Part shown: piece by piece, positions 31,535-45,393 of the stretch | How positions within the stretch are numbered: the stretch's first letter is position 1 | How the letters are laid out: each line of letters starts with the position of its first letter | Assembly (NCBI GenBank): GCA_050613775.1 | Contig: JBODTK010000158.1 | Location: 186,001-250,000 of the forward strand | Reading direction: 5' to 3' | DNA length: 64,000 bases | Source of the DNA: Neocallimastix sp. 'constans' | Lineage: Eukaryota | Notes under the pieces: model-generated | What the model saw: only the letters and a program-made list of their open reading frames with translations | The model's database searches: none | What the model was told of the DNA's origin: nothing | Position numbers and translations under genes: made by a program

Positions 31535-34505
31535 GTATTTATGGGCAAAAGAATTTAAATGCTATTTATAGTTTTTTATTTAATATTTAATATTTATTAT
31601 TTATTATTTATTATTTTATATTTTATATTTATTAATTTAATATATATGTTATTCAATATTAATATTATCTTTGCAATTATAATAATTGAACTATATTTAT
31701 AATTTAAATATATTTTAAAATACATTATATAATTATATTATTAATATTAATAGTTTTATATTAAAAAATCACATTAATAAAATGATTTAATATTATATAA
31801 AATATACTGTACAAAATAATCAAATATTTCAATATATGGATAAGAATAACTTTATATAAAATGATGAATTGCTTTATATATTATTTATTATATATACAAT
31901 TTTATATTTTTTTTTTTTTTTAATATAAAATTTTAAAAAAAGCTAAAATTGAATGGAAATTAAAATTTTTATAATTTAAAAAAAAAAATAGTAATTTTTT
32001 AGTTTTTATTTTATTTTATTTTAATTTATTAAATTTAAATTTATTTTATTTTATATTTTATTTTATTTTATTATATTTTATTCAATCTGTACTTTATTTT
32101 CATATTTCAACTATTTTTTTATTTTATTCTATTTTATTCAATTCAATCTATTCTTTATATTCATATTTCTTAATAAATGATGATAATAATATTTATGATA
32201 TAAAAAAATTATTAAATAAATAAATATTATACAAATATTTTGTATTTTTTTAAAATTATTTAATTTTATCTTTCATGATATACTATTATTTTTTTTTTTT
32301 AAATTGATATTACTTATTTTAAATTTGTTCAAAATAACACTATAATTTATAAATTTTTTGGCCTAAAAGGATATATTTTATAAAGCATCTCAATAACAAA
32401 GTACCAATAGATTTAAGACAATTATTTATAAAAAAAATTTTTTTTAATTTCATATGAAATAATTAGTCATGATCATATATAAATTAAAATGAGGCTGCTC
32501 CAGGTGATTTGTTGAATAAAAAAATTTTTTTTAAAAAAAGATAAATTTGGTATAGTATTTCATAAGCCTTTAATTTATAAATATATATATATATTTAGTT
32601 GAAACATTAATAATTAGGTATTAATAGGTTTTTGCACTAAAATTAAATTCTTTAAAAATTAATAATTTAAAAATTAATTATTTATAAGTTAATTATTTAA
32701 AAATTAAAAAAATACAAGAAATAATAAAAAAGTATCACGATATATAAATCAATTTTTATTAATTAATATTAACAGTGTAAATCAATTTAATATCTATTAT
32801 TATATTGACTTAGAATAAGTTTATTATTTTTTTTAACTTTCTATAAAAATATTTATTAGTTATTAATTAAAGTTATTTTCAATATTATACTATATAATTT
32901 CAATAAAATAATCTTCATATATAGAAAATGTTTTTTTTTTTTTTTTCATATTTTTTTATTATTATTAAAATTTGAATACAAAATAAAGTATTTATTAAAT
33001 ATTATGCTATAAATAATTAAATGTTATTTAATTTTTTTTAAATGTTTTTTTGATTGTTATTTAAAGTTTTCTGAAAAACATATTTATTAATTAAAATAAA
33101 CATTTAAATTGTTTATTATAATTTTATATGTTAAATATAAACTTATTTTTATTATTAACAATGGTACATCAATATATGGATTGCATTAATTGAAAATGCT
33201 TGAATAAAATAGAGTTTAATATATTACATTGGCATTTTTATTGGCATAATCATGGTAAGATTCTTAATTTTTAAATATCAAACAAAGGAATATAATAACT
33301 TACTGCATATCTATTATTTTTTTTTTTTGTACAAATTTATAACTTCAATATTATTTTATAATAGAAGAATAATAATTATAATTTAATAATTATGTCTAAA
33401 TACGAATATATAAAATAAAAATTATATATTATTATTTTATCACTATCTCTATATTTATATTAAATATAGTCCTAAAGAATTTTTAATACATTTATAATTA
33501 ATATTATTATCATTTATTAAATTGTATAATAAACAATTTTTTTTTCAATTATATAGTATTAATTATATATATTTATATTTTTTTTTATTAAATTTATTTC
33601 TTATTATAAATAATAAATTAATTAATTAAATATGTGCGGAGCTTAACAAATTAAATAAAGCCACATTATTTATTTTAATTGATATCAATTATGTTGAAAA
33701 AAAAAGATTTTTAATTAATATAGCCATACTTGAAAATTAATTAATTTAATATAAATTGATTAAATAATAAGATTCAAATCCTATAGCTATAAATAAAATA
33801 TAATTTTAAATAATAGAAATAAAATTACCTAAATACCTAAATTATACTTAATTTTGTTTTGTCATATTTAGTAAAACTTTAATTTATTTATTTAATTATA
33901 TGTAAAATAAAGTAAAATTTTAACTTAAAATATTAATAATTAAAGTTTTAATCAAAATTTAAAAAAGACAAACTTTAATTATAAGGAAATTAATTTATTA
34001 GTAATAAACTGGCTATAATTTTTAAGCATTCTTTATATAAATGTATTTTTATTTTCATTTATACAATTAATAATATATAAAAATATATTATTTACCATAA
34101 TATTTAAAGTGTATCATTAATCAATAATAATATTTTATATAAAAATAATTTTAATTTATATGTATAATTTAATTAACTTTTTTTTATAATATTATGAATT
34201 GCATTATTTTTTATTTTTTTTTTTAATTATAATATATAATTAACATTCTTTATTATGCATATATTAAATTTTATTTTAATATTTTTTATAATAATTATTT
34301 ATACAAAATTTTATTTCTTAATCTGTTTCTTTTTTTTTCCATTTTATAATAATAATAAAAGTATATTAATTAATTAAATATTATAAATGTTTCTTTTATA
34401 TTCCATTTTGTTATTATAGTAAAAATTTTATTAATTAATTATTATTTTAAAGTAAATTTGTAATTCTCTGAAGTATTTATAATATTTTGTTATTTTTCTT
34501 GGTAA

Positions 34506-34547
<42 letters not shown>

Positions 34548-36029
34548 ATTTGGTTATAAAAATAAAATATTTTATTAATCATTTATTTATTTATTTATTT
34601 ATTATATAACTTCTAATTATATTGATGAAATATTCATATTGATTACTAAATAATCTAATATTAAAAATGATGCCTTTAAAAAAAAAAATGAATACTTATA
34701 ATTATTTTTTATGGTTAAAGAAAATTTAATATTTTACTATTATTAATACATATGATAATGCAAAATAATAAAATTAATTAAAAATAACTTTTAACATCTA
34801 AATATTTAATTTATTATTTATATTAATGGTTTAACCTACAAACTTTTCAGAGTTTTTATTAGTTTATACAGAAAGCTTTTATTTTTTATTATTAATTAGT
34901 TAATTAAATTTATTAATTATAAATATATATTTACAATTCAATAAAAAAAAAAAAAAAAGCTATAATATTCTTTAATTATTAATTTTAGTCAGATATGTAT
35001 GTTATGTTATATTTTATCAAATTTATCAATTTCTTTATCAATCTAAATATATCATTTATTTTAGATAAAAATAATGAAAATATTAATAATTAAAAATGAA
35101 AGATAATTAAATAAAATTGTTCTTAAAATTTTATTATTTTTTTTTTTTTATTATTTATAATTTTTATTCATCGTCGTTGTTAATAAAAATATTTATATCT
35201 AATATATATATAAATAATTAAAAGAAAAAAGTTTTCATTGTACTTCTTATTTCATTATTTTAATAATTTAATTATATTAGCATATATATATATATATATT
35301 TAAATTAATTAAAGTTTTAAAACTATCTATTAATGAAGTTATAGTTTGGTTTTTTTTTTTTTTTTCCTTGGATCATTATTAAAAATTTAATATTATAGAT
35401 AATTGTTTCTTTACTATATTATTAATCTAATGTAAATAAATCATTGTTAAATTAAAAATGATTATTAAAAGAGTTGTGAATTATTCCAATTCTTTTCTCA
35501 ATATTCAAAATCTAATTAACCTTTTAAATAAGCATAAATATTAATGAAGTAATATTATTCACTTCATCATCTTAAATTAATTGTATCATTCTTATTTTAA
35601 GTACTTTTTAGAGAAAAAATTTTATTAGGAAATTTAATTCATAAATTACAATATAATACATTAAGTGATAAGTGATAAATAAAAAAAAATAATAATAAAA
35701 GTAAAAATAGTAAAAATACGTCTAACGTTTGCTATTACATGATTAACCTACTTTTCAAAATGAAAAAATAATCTGGTTAAATTAAAATTTTAAAATTCAA
35801 ACATTAAATTAAAATGAAAAATTAATTCTTTAATTTTTTATTTTATTTTAATTTTTTATTTTATTTTAATTTTTTATTTATTTTAATTTTTTATTTTATT
35901 TTAATTTTATATTTTATTTTAATTTTTTATATTATTTTAATTTTTTATTTTATAGGTAGTCATTATTTTAGTGTATTGTAGAAATTAATTTATTATTTTT
36001 ATAAATTTATTGACGATCATCACTTTTGA

Positions 36030-36660
36030 TAGTCATAATCCATTATGCGAGTGTAACCTTTTAGAACCAAATAACATATCGATAGTAAATTATTTTTAAT
36101 ATTATCAGTATAATAAACACTGGATAATTCTAAGGAATTATTATTGAAGGCTCCAATGTATTTTCCAACTTTTTGATTTTCTCTTATTTATCATTAGGAT
36201 AAGTAATTGATTTATTTTTAATATTTTTTAAAGTTTTTAATCTCTTAATTTCAATAGTTAAATTAATAGGACATCCTGGATCAATTATTCATTCAGTATT
36301 GTTATTTTCTTTTGTATTTCTTTCAATATTATTTACTATAACATTACCTGAGAATCCTATGTTGATATAATTTTTTTCATTGCTATCAGAGGAGTTTGAT
36401 TCATTTTTAACATTATTATTATGGAATTTTTTTATTTATCTTTATTTTTTGATGTTTATTATCATTTTTTCAAGAATTATTTTTTTTATCTTTCGTCTGA
36501 ATTATTTTTATTTTTTTTTTTGGTATTTAGGATATATATGTATCAGAAACAGTTTTCTCAAACTCTTTATGTTAGGATTTTTGTTATATGATTTGTCAAT
36601 ATCAGTTTTATTTATAACATCTACTAGTAATAACCAAATAATAGGATAACTTAGGATATA
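36030..36660 (-). pseudogene. Ty1/copia gag-protease relic
   Basis: TE*IIDPGCPINLT matches the WIxDSG protease motif, followed by ITYPND...VGKYIGAFNNNSLELSSV.YYTDNIKNNLLSICYLVLKGY, the copia VxYxxxLxxNLLS motif. Confidence 0.8.
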
Positions 36661-37873
36661 AATCAATGATGAATGAATTATCATATTATCGAGATGAAGA
36701 TATAGTTAATTCAATTAATCATTTAGAATCTAGTAAAAAAAAATATTCAATAATATAAAAAATAATAATATAAGATATTTTGAAGCATAAAAAACAAGTA
36801 GAAACTTGGTACAAAAATGATCTATTATCTGTTGTCGAATTAAAAAAAAATATTAAACCTGAATATGTTATTGTAGATGATATATTATATATAAATAATG
36901 ATAGAAATCTTATAGAATATGAATGAAAATAAAGTATCTGCATTTGAAAATCAAATAAAAAAATTTTTTATACTTGGAAAAAATGATTTAATTTGATATT
37001 TTAGTAATATTACGGGCGATTCGTTTCAAGAAATAAATAATGGATATGATTTATTTCATTTTCTAATAAAACAATCATATAATTAAAGAAATTACCTAGT
37101 AATAATAAAGATGATGAACATTTTAAAAAATTAAAAACAAATAAAAGTATGACATAATAATGATGTCTATATGGATAAATTAAAATAATAATAAACCCAA
37201 TCATGAAGAGGCCACCAACTAATAAACATAAACTTGGAACCAAATTCAAGAAAAGTATGGATAATATTAAATATTATTATTAAATGGTATGATTAATTTA
37301 AATAATAATTATATTCATTAACACAATAATTAATTTAAGCAATAATTGTGTTATTAATTAAATATCAATTATTTTTATTATATATAATAAGTATAAATCA
37401 TATATAACCCTTTTAAAAAATATATTTGAACGATTATATTTAAAAGAACATAATAAACATAATATACATAACAGGTTATAATAAACAATTAATAATTTAA
37501 ATATAATATTAATAAAATTATTTATAATTCAAATTATATAAAAATATTTTATTATTTTAGCTTATTGTTCAAATCATTATAAATAATAAAATGTTATTGA
37601 GACCTTTAATTATTTATTACTAGTTATATAACCGGTACAAGTGCAAAATTATTAACGTAATTATTGTTTTGCACTGCGCTGACTGGGTAGAAGATTCACT
37701 TTCATTCGTTAATTTGATTTATTTCATCTTCAGTATTTCATGATGAATGGGAACAAACTTTATTTATTTTCCTCTGTTAAATCTTTTATTACCTATCATA
37801 AGAATTATTTATTTTAAATAGCTTTTAATTTAAAATAAATATATTTATGGAGATTTATTTTTAAATCGTCTCT

Positions 37874-37997
37874 TAGAGTCAAATGAAACTCTTAATCTGT
37901 TCAAGGCTGTGAATTCAGAGAACATGAAAAATGACACACACAGTGTTTTTTTAAGTAGATATTTACATTATTAAAAAAATTCTCAGCATTAATTATT
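37874..37997 (-). mobile_element. Partial copia LTR (37898-37997) with adjacent PBS (37883-37897)
   Basis: About 100 bp homologous to 40152-40250. On the minus strand ...AACA is followed by GATTAAGAGTTTCAT. Confidence 0.75.
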
Positions 37998-37999
37998 TT

Positions 38000-40378
38000 C
38001 ACTAGATTCTTTTAAATCATTTTTACTAGGAATTAAAGCTTTTATAATTCCATTGGAAGAAAGGGCCACAAGCTTTAAAGTTAAGGGTAGATGAGATAGC
38101 CTAATTTCTTCATCTTTAATATCTTGGTTAATTTCCTATTCTTGTTGTCATGGACTTCCCAAATTCCTAAGTGCATTGAAATCTTTCCATCTCCAAAAAG
38201 AACTGATGGATGATTAGTGTGATTCTGAAGCCATGTGAAAACTTCAGAGAATACATATCGGACTTGTAATGAGTGTCTCTTAGTGGGAGTATAGATATTA
38301 CCGACAGAACACTTCGAGTGATTCCATCAACTATATGTTGTTAAAGAAACAAAATGAGTATAGGAATTATCTTCTAAGTACTACTTGACATAGGACATGA
38401 TACCCAAGATATAAACCTCTGCAACTTGGTATATTTGGATTCATTCTTTTCTAGAAATATTTGTAGTTGGAAAGTGTTACTTTAAATGGATATCTAAAAT
38501 CATTGGTACCATTACCTGTTTCCAGAAAATATAGGAATAATGATTTAAAAACCGTGTTGAAGTACTCAATTCTATCTCTTTTTACAAAATTTCAACTATT
38601 GGTATTCCAACAAAGACAAAAAGAAAAGTTTCCTATGTTAGAATGTGAAATTTGGATTTTTGAGAAACATTATTAGGTATATTGGGAGCATTAAGATCAT
38701 GATTGACATTTATAATATTTACTAAATTAGTTAAACTGAGATTTGCTGAGTTTGTATTATTAGATGTGTTATCAGATATTAAATTTTATTTTAAATGCTG
38801 AAAAGAAACTTTATGATTCCAATTGGAACATCTACGATATGAAATTTTAACACCTGATACTGTTTTTTTCAAATATTTTTTTTCAAATTTTTGGTGGTTG
38901 AAATTTGAAGTGTATATAATTTTATCCTGAAGAAACTAACATTGAATTTAGTGTTTCTTTTTACTGACAAAATATTATCCTTGAATTTTTTGAATCTAGA
39001 ATGAAATAAATTCCTTCATTTTAGCATTGGTCCATGAGTGTATACCATGGATAAAAAATCAACCTTGTTGTTAATAGATGTTCCAACGAGAACCCCGGTG
39101 AAATATGAAATTTTAACTGCTGATATTGTTTTTTCAAATACTTTTTCACATTTTGCATGGTTAAAATTTGAAGTGTATACTTGTATCATTAAATTTAGTA
39201 ATTCTTTTCACTGGCAAAATATTATCCTTAAATTTTTTATCTAGAATGAATAAATTCCTTCATTTTAGCATAATACCATGTGTGGATACCACGGATAAAA
39301 ATCAACCTTGTGTTGTCAATAGCGAAAACCTTGGTGAAATATCTTTTCCATAATGAACTATAGATTATATATTAATAAAAATAAAATTAACATAAACTAA
39401 ACAACTACAAAACTAAGAAATATAAATATAAATAAGAAAAATATAAAAAAATAAATAAAGAAAAATTAGAAAAAATAAAATAATTAAAATAATATGAAGT
39501 TTTTCTCTTTATACAACTGAAAAATATTAAAGTAAAATAAACAACTTATGAATTTTGTTGTAATGAATAATCTCTTTTTTTTTATTATCTTTTAAGTTTC
39601 CGATGTTCTATTTGATTAATAAAGCTATGATTATTGTAATAATTTTCTGTAAAGTAATTATATTTCAACTAAAATGGAAAGGTAAATAAAATATTAGTAG
39701 AGAAAGACTATAAAAATGATTCTCATCCGTTAAATAAAGTCTTAAACACAAGCTTTGGAATGAATCAATCTCCTACATTTTCATTTTACAATAATTACAT
39801 GAGAATTTAAATGATACTATAGAAAAATACATATACATAATAATGCTAAAGTAAAAAATTTAATAAATTCATTACAATGATAATATGTAGAAACTACATG
39901 ATATTATTAATTTTACAACTACAATATTACTATAATATCCAGTTTAAAACAAAAAAAACATTAGATACACTTTCTTCATTCTTCCAGTATTCCAGTTTTC
40001 TCTCTTCGTACAAGAACCCACTTTAGAAAGGATAATCATCGATTATCATCAGAACTATAGATAAGTGTAATTAGTACACCTGATATTGGCAATTCCTTTT
40101 CCATCAACCCTCGAAAAACTGTCCATATCATTTCAAATGAGACTCTTAATCTGTTCAAAGTTATGAATTTAAAGAATGCAAAAATGACACACAAAGTGTT
40201 TTTTTAAGTAGATATTTACGTACTTGCTAAATTCTCAGTAATAATATGCATGTTAGTGGACTAATGCCGAACACTCAATAAGGCTGGAGGACAAATTTGC
40301 CTATATAGAAGTGTGTGACAACCTCAATATTCCTACTACTCTTAATGGGGGAGGACTGAACCCAAGAGTGGTACACAC
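38000..40378 (-). mobile_element. Decayed Ty1/copia element: 5' LTR (40152 to about 40378), PBS (40137-40151), leader, duplicated gag start, integrase C-terminal remnants
   Basis: LTR end ...GAACA plus PBS GATTAAGAGTCTCAT. Gag-like DNTRLIFIRGIHTWYYAKMKEF near 39300. Integrase-like CRGLYLGY and YTPTKETLIT..YVFSE near 38250-38430. The outer LTR boundary is uncertain. Confidence 0.65.
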
Positions 40379-40809
40379 TTGAAATATATTTATATATATT
40401 AAAAAAAGTTGATATTTATGTATATATATTTTTTATTTATTTATTTATTTATTTTTAATATATTAATAATACATATATTTATTTTTTTTTTTGAAATAAT
40501 CAAGGAAAACAAAATTTAAAGTCTAAACTATAAAATAACTATATACAGAATTCGTAATAATGTATTTTATACATAATGTTCATATGACATTGATAATACG
40601 TAGTAAATGTAAATATATTAAAAACTCTGAATTGAAAAATAATAAATAAATAAAGTATTTTTAAATTTATAATAAAATATTAATTAGTAGTGTTTTATTG
40701 CAGTTGAGTGTGCTGATTTACTCAACATTATATTATTATATTATTATATTAATAGATATTAAAAAAATTATTTCAGTATCATAAAAATTTAAAAATTCAT
40801 TATAAATAA

Positions 40810-40810
<1 letters not shown>

Positions 40811-40890
<80 letters not shown>
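40811..40890. repeat. (TAA)n microsatellite
   Basis: Pure array. Confidence 0.95.
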
Positions 40891-40891
<1 letters not shown>

Positions 40892-41401
40892 TAAATAAAC
40901 AAATCGAAATTTTTTTTTTTTTTTGTTTTAAAAAAAAAAAATATTATTTTATTTTATTTTATTTTAAGAAATGATATAAAAGTATAAAAAAAATACAAAA
41001 AAGAATTAAATGTTAATACATAATATTTAGTTGATAGTAGATTAAATGAATTAAATAATTGCTAATATTATGAATATTAAAAATATGTATTTATATATAT
41101 TATGTTTAAAATAATAATATATATGTTTAAATTTATATCAAAATTAATAAAACTTAAATAATTTATTAAATTGCTAATTAAAAAATCTTAAATAATTAAT
41201 TAATAGATTAGCCTATGTTTTTATAATTATTTCATTTATTATTGCTATTATTAATGCAATATTTCAATTTAAAAAAAATTAAAATCTATTTTATATAATT
41301 ATAATTTCAAAAGTTTAAAATACTTTAAAAACAATTAATAATGTTTTTAAATAAAAAAATAAATTAATTATGGTTGTTTGGTATTTTTTTTATATCATCA
41401 A

Positions 41402-42787
41402 TTAAACTTTAGTAGAAATATCTTTTTCAGTAACAATTGATTCAATTGGAAGGTTGTTACTCATATTAACAGCAGAAGCCATGTTCATTAAATCAGCTTG
41501 AGAATATGAAACATAATCATAAGCAACTTCACCCATTTCAGATTGATCAACACCGAAAACTTCAGCATCACGTTCCACACGAATTCTTAAACCTGGAATA
41601 ATATCCATAATCTTAAGAATAACAAAAGTAATACAGAATGACCAGAAGAAACCAGCGACACATCCAATAAATTGATAAAGTAATTGATCCCAGGAACCAT
41701 CAAGCCATCCACCTTGTTCCTTGTATGATAAAGCTCCATCTAAGTTTTGAATGTATTTTTGAGCAAAAATACCAGTTAAGAGATTACCAGTAATACCACC
41801 AACACAGTGAACACCGAAAACATCAAGAGCATCATCAAAACCAATCTTATCCTTAATCTTAATACCAAAGTTACAAATAGTAGCAGTAATTAAACCAATA
41901 GCAGCAGCTGGACAAGGAGAAACAAAACCAGCACCAGGAGTAATACCGACTAAACCAGCAACAGCACCAGAACAGAAACCAAGAGCAGAAAGTTTCTTTT
42001 CACGATGATAATCAATAAGAACCCATGTAATACCACCAACAGCTGTAGAAAGATTAGTGGTTAATAAGGCCATACCAGCACGAGCATTTGAACCAAGAGC
42101 AGAACCAGCATTGAAACCAAACCAACCAAACCAAAGTAATGCAGTACCTAAGAAAACGTTTGAAAGATTGTGTGGCTTAAATTTTTCTTTACCCAAACCT
42201 TGACGTTTACCAAGAACAATAGAATATGCTAAACCAGCAGCACCAGAAGCAATGTGAACTGGTGTACCACCAGCGAAATCAAGAGAACCTAATTTTCTTA
42301 ACCAACCATTTTCAGACCATGACCAGAAAGCAATTGGATCATAAACAACAGTAGTCCAGATAAAAATGAAAATAATGGTTGGAAGAACTCTCATACGTTC
42401 AGCTGGACCACCAAAAATAAGACCAGCAGTAATAATAGCGAAAGTCATTTGGAAACAAGCGAAAACACTAATTGGAAGAGTTGGAACAAATGGTAAATAA
42501 TCCTTTGGACCATTCATGTGACGACCAAAAGCATATTGGAAATCACCAATGAAACCATTTTTGGAAGAACCAGAGAATGTTAAAGAGAAACCGAACATCC
42601 ACCATTGAACTGAAACAACTGCAATAGCAAGGAAACAAACCATAATTAAAGAAAGAGCTGACTTTGAACGAGCCATACCAGAATAGAAATAAGCAAGACC
42701 TGGAGTCATAATCCAGACTAAACCAGTACAGATGATTTGGAAAGCGACATCTCCTGTATCGAAAACTACTTCGTCTTCAGCAGCCAT
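41402..42787 (-). CDS. Ammonium transporter, Mep/Amt family (461 aa, intronless)
   Basis: MTPGLAYFYSG, FQMTFAIIT, DFAGGTPVHIASG, LLWFGWFGFNAGS, GAVAGLVGITP, DDALDVFGVHCVGG and the C-terminal GVDQSEMGEVAY motif. Confidence 0.98.
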   Translation of the reverse strand: MAAEDEVVFDTGDVAFQIICTGLVWIMTPGLAYFYSGMARSKSALSLIMVCFLAIAVVSVQWWMFGFSLTFSGSSKNGFIGDFQYAFGRHMNGPKDYLPFVPTLPISVFACFQMTFAIITAGLIFGGPAERMRVLPTIIFIFIWTTVVYDPIAFWSWSENGWLRKLGSLDFAGGTPVHIASGAAGLAYSIVLGKRQGLGKEKFKPHNLSNVFLGTALLWFGWFGFNAGSALGSNARAGMALLTTNLSTAVGGITWVLIDYHREKKLSALGFCSGAVAGLVGITPGAGFVSPCPAAAIGLITATICNFGIKIKDKIGFDDALDVFGVHCVGGITGNLLTGIFAQKYIQNLDGALSYKEQGGWLDGSWDQLLYQFIGCVAGFFWSFCITFVILKIMDIIPGLRIRVERDAEVFGVDQSEMGEVAYDYVSYSQADLMNMASAVNMSNNLPIESIVTEKDISTKV

Positions 42788-43483
42788 GTTTAATACAATT
42801 ATTCAAATTTTTAATTATTTATTTATTAATGTTTATGGAGTAATATAAGATAATTTATTAAAATATTTTTTTTTATTCTTTACTAATTTTATATTGAGTT
42901 ATACAATTATTATATTAATAAGTAAAATTTTCGTTTTTATAAAAATTTTTCTTAAATAAAAATTATAGTAAAATATATTATTATCTCTATTGAAAATTTT
43001 TAAAATTTCTTAAATTACTAATTTATAACATTTATATAAATTATATTATTTTTTGTATAATTAAATATTCAATTTATTGAATAATAATGAATAAAAAAAA
43101 AAAAAAGTGGAAGCAAGAATTCAATTCTTTTATACTTTTTTTTTTTTTTTCATTTCATATTCTTTAATATTTATTACCAATTTACAAAAAAAAATAAAAG
43201 AAATAACAATATATTATCAATATAATACAATATGTATAAACAGATGATATAATACTTTTTAAAAATATTTAAATTATCAAATAGGAATAGTTATTAAAAA
43301 AAGAAAAAAATAATAATTATTTTTAATATTAAAAATTATATTTTTAAAATTATATATTTTTATTAATAAAAAAATTTTTCATATCAATAAAAAAAATTAT
43401 TAGTTTTTTTTTTTTCTGATAAAATAAATTAAATAATAAAATTATAAAAAATATAATATATTTATTTATTGTAATATATTCCT

Positions 43484-43964
43484 GATAAGAAATAAATTAA
43501 ATTTAATCATATATTATATTTAAATTGAATTATTTATTCAATCAATTTATTAAAAAATTGATCTTTAATCTTATTAAAATTATATAATTAATAAATTTTC
43601 ATTATCTATCAAAATAAAAAAAAAAAAACATTAAATTTTATAATCATTAGCATAATATTTTGAAATTATACTTTGTAAAAAAAAAGGATTATACGAATTT
43701 ACTTTAAAATGTATATTTAATAATATATTTTAATTAATATGAATGGTAATAATATTCAATTGAAAAAAACTCCTAAAAAAAATCATTTAAAATACCATAT
43801 ATTTTATTTCATTATAATACATTAAAATATTATTACAATTGTAAAGTATACTTTTAAATAAAAAAAAAAGAAGTATAATCATTATTAATAGTCAGCAGCA
43901 CTCATAATTGATATTAATAAAAATAAGGTATAATTTGATTATTAACAGTAAAATAATATATGTA

Positions 43965-44006
<42 letters not shown>

Positions 44007-45393
44007 ACTATTACATTTATTTTATTTATTATTTTAATAAATAAAATAATAAAATATATCATTATAAAAACAAAATATTATTTATTACTATATTAAAAAT
44101 TGAAAAAAGGGCAACAATTCATTAATTACTTTAATCTTAATAATAATACAGAAATATTTTTTTTAAATATTTATAATGTGTAACTCCATAAATTGTCAAT
44201 TTTAATTTTTTGGTAATCATTTCATATCAAAAGTATTTAGCAGAAAATCTAAATTAAATAAATTTTATTGTAATATGTTAAAAAGAATTAATAATTGCCA
44301 TTCATAGCAATATCTTATGTAAAAAATTTTATGGATGCTTAAAAAAATTTTTTTAATATTTAATTTTGATTTTAAAAAAAAAAAAAAAGGTTAATAGATA
44401 TTCATTAATAAATATAATCATCTATCATTAATACCAATAATTAAAAATATTGGTTTTTCCTACAAAAATATGATTTATATATATTAAATTTATTTATATC
44501 AAATTTAATGTTAAAACTTTAAAAACTCTAAAAATGAAGATTTCTATATTTCTTTTATCTTTTATATATAATTTGATAGAAAAAAAGTTATTGTAAATAT
44601 TTCTCTAATATAAAATCAATTAATAATAATATATTATTTTTTATTAAAAAATATAGTTTATTTAATTTTTTGAGAAATAAGTATAATATCAACACAACTT
44701 CAAAATTTGGTCATATTTATTTATTAAAGTTATTAAATATTAAAATATTTTATCTTTTTTTTTATTTATTTTAAAGGTAACACGAACCATATAATTTTAT
44801 AATTAAATTTAATTTAATTTAATTTAATTAAATAAAAATTAATTTTTTTTTTTTTATTTTTTTTTTTTTTTTGAAAGATAAAAATTTTATAATATTAAAA
44901 AATAAATAATGAAATTTAAAAATTAAAATTTATGATAAGTTTAATTAATTTTTGAAGTTGATATAAAATTCAATTTTATGATTTTTCTAAAATTTTGATA
45001 AGTAAATAATTTGGTTCTTTTCTTTATAAAATAACATTACTCTAATGTTTATTACGCTATTAAATTTAAAACTATAAGTAAATTTAAAAAACTAATATAA
45101 TAACTAAATATATTTGTTAATATTAAATGAATACCTATATTTTTTATTGAATTTTTTTCATTCAATTAAATATAGCATAATCCAATATACATATAATTTT
45201 ATTTAAGGAAAGAATTTTTTTTTTAATTCAGGTTTTTTCGAAATAAAAAAAATATATATATATCCGTTTTTTCATAAAATTTAAAATTTAATTATCTTAA
45301 TATTTAAATGTTCTTTTTATGATAAATACCAATCCCTATAAAAAACAAAACTAAATTCTCCATTTTATTTTGATAATAAAAATACATGATAAG
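43484..45393. promoter_or_regulatory. Cluster of GATAAG sites upstream of the ammonium transporter (candidate AreA/Gln3-type nitrogen regulation)
   Basis: GATAAG at 43484, 44934, 44997 and 45388, plus several GATAA/TTATC, 0.7-2.6 kb upstream of the ATG. Confidence 0.4.

Noticed and set aside
36660..37260. Plus-strand coding-like remnant (MMNELSYYRDEDIV...ETWYKNDLLSVVELKKNIKPEY)
   Set aside because: It may be another gag fragment but is too degraded to assign.
41402..42787. Recent bacterial horizontal transfer of the intronless Amt
   Set aside because: Motifs and C-terminal tail look like fungal Mep and codons are host-like; lack of introns alone is not evidence. A phylogeny would be needed.
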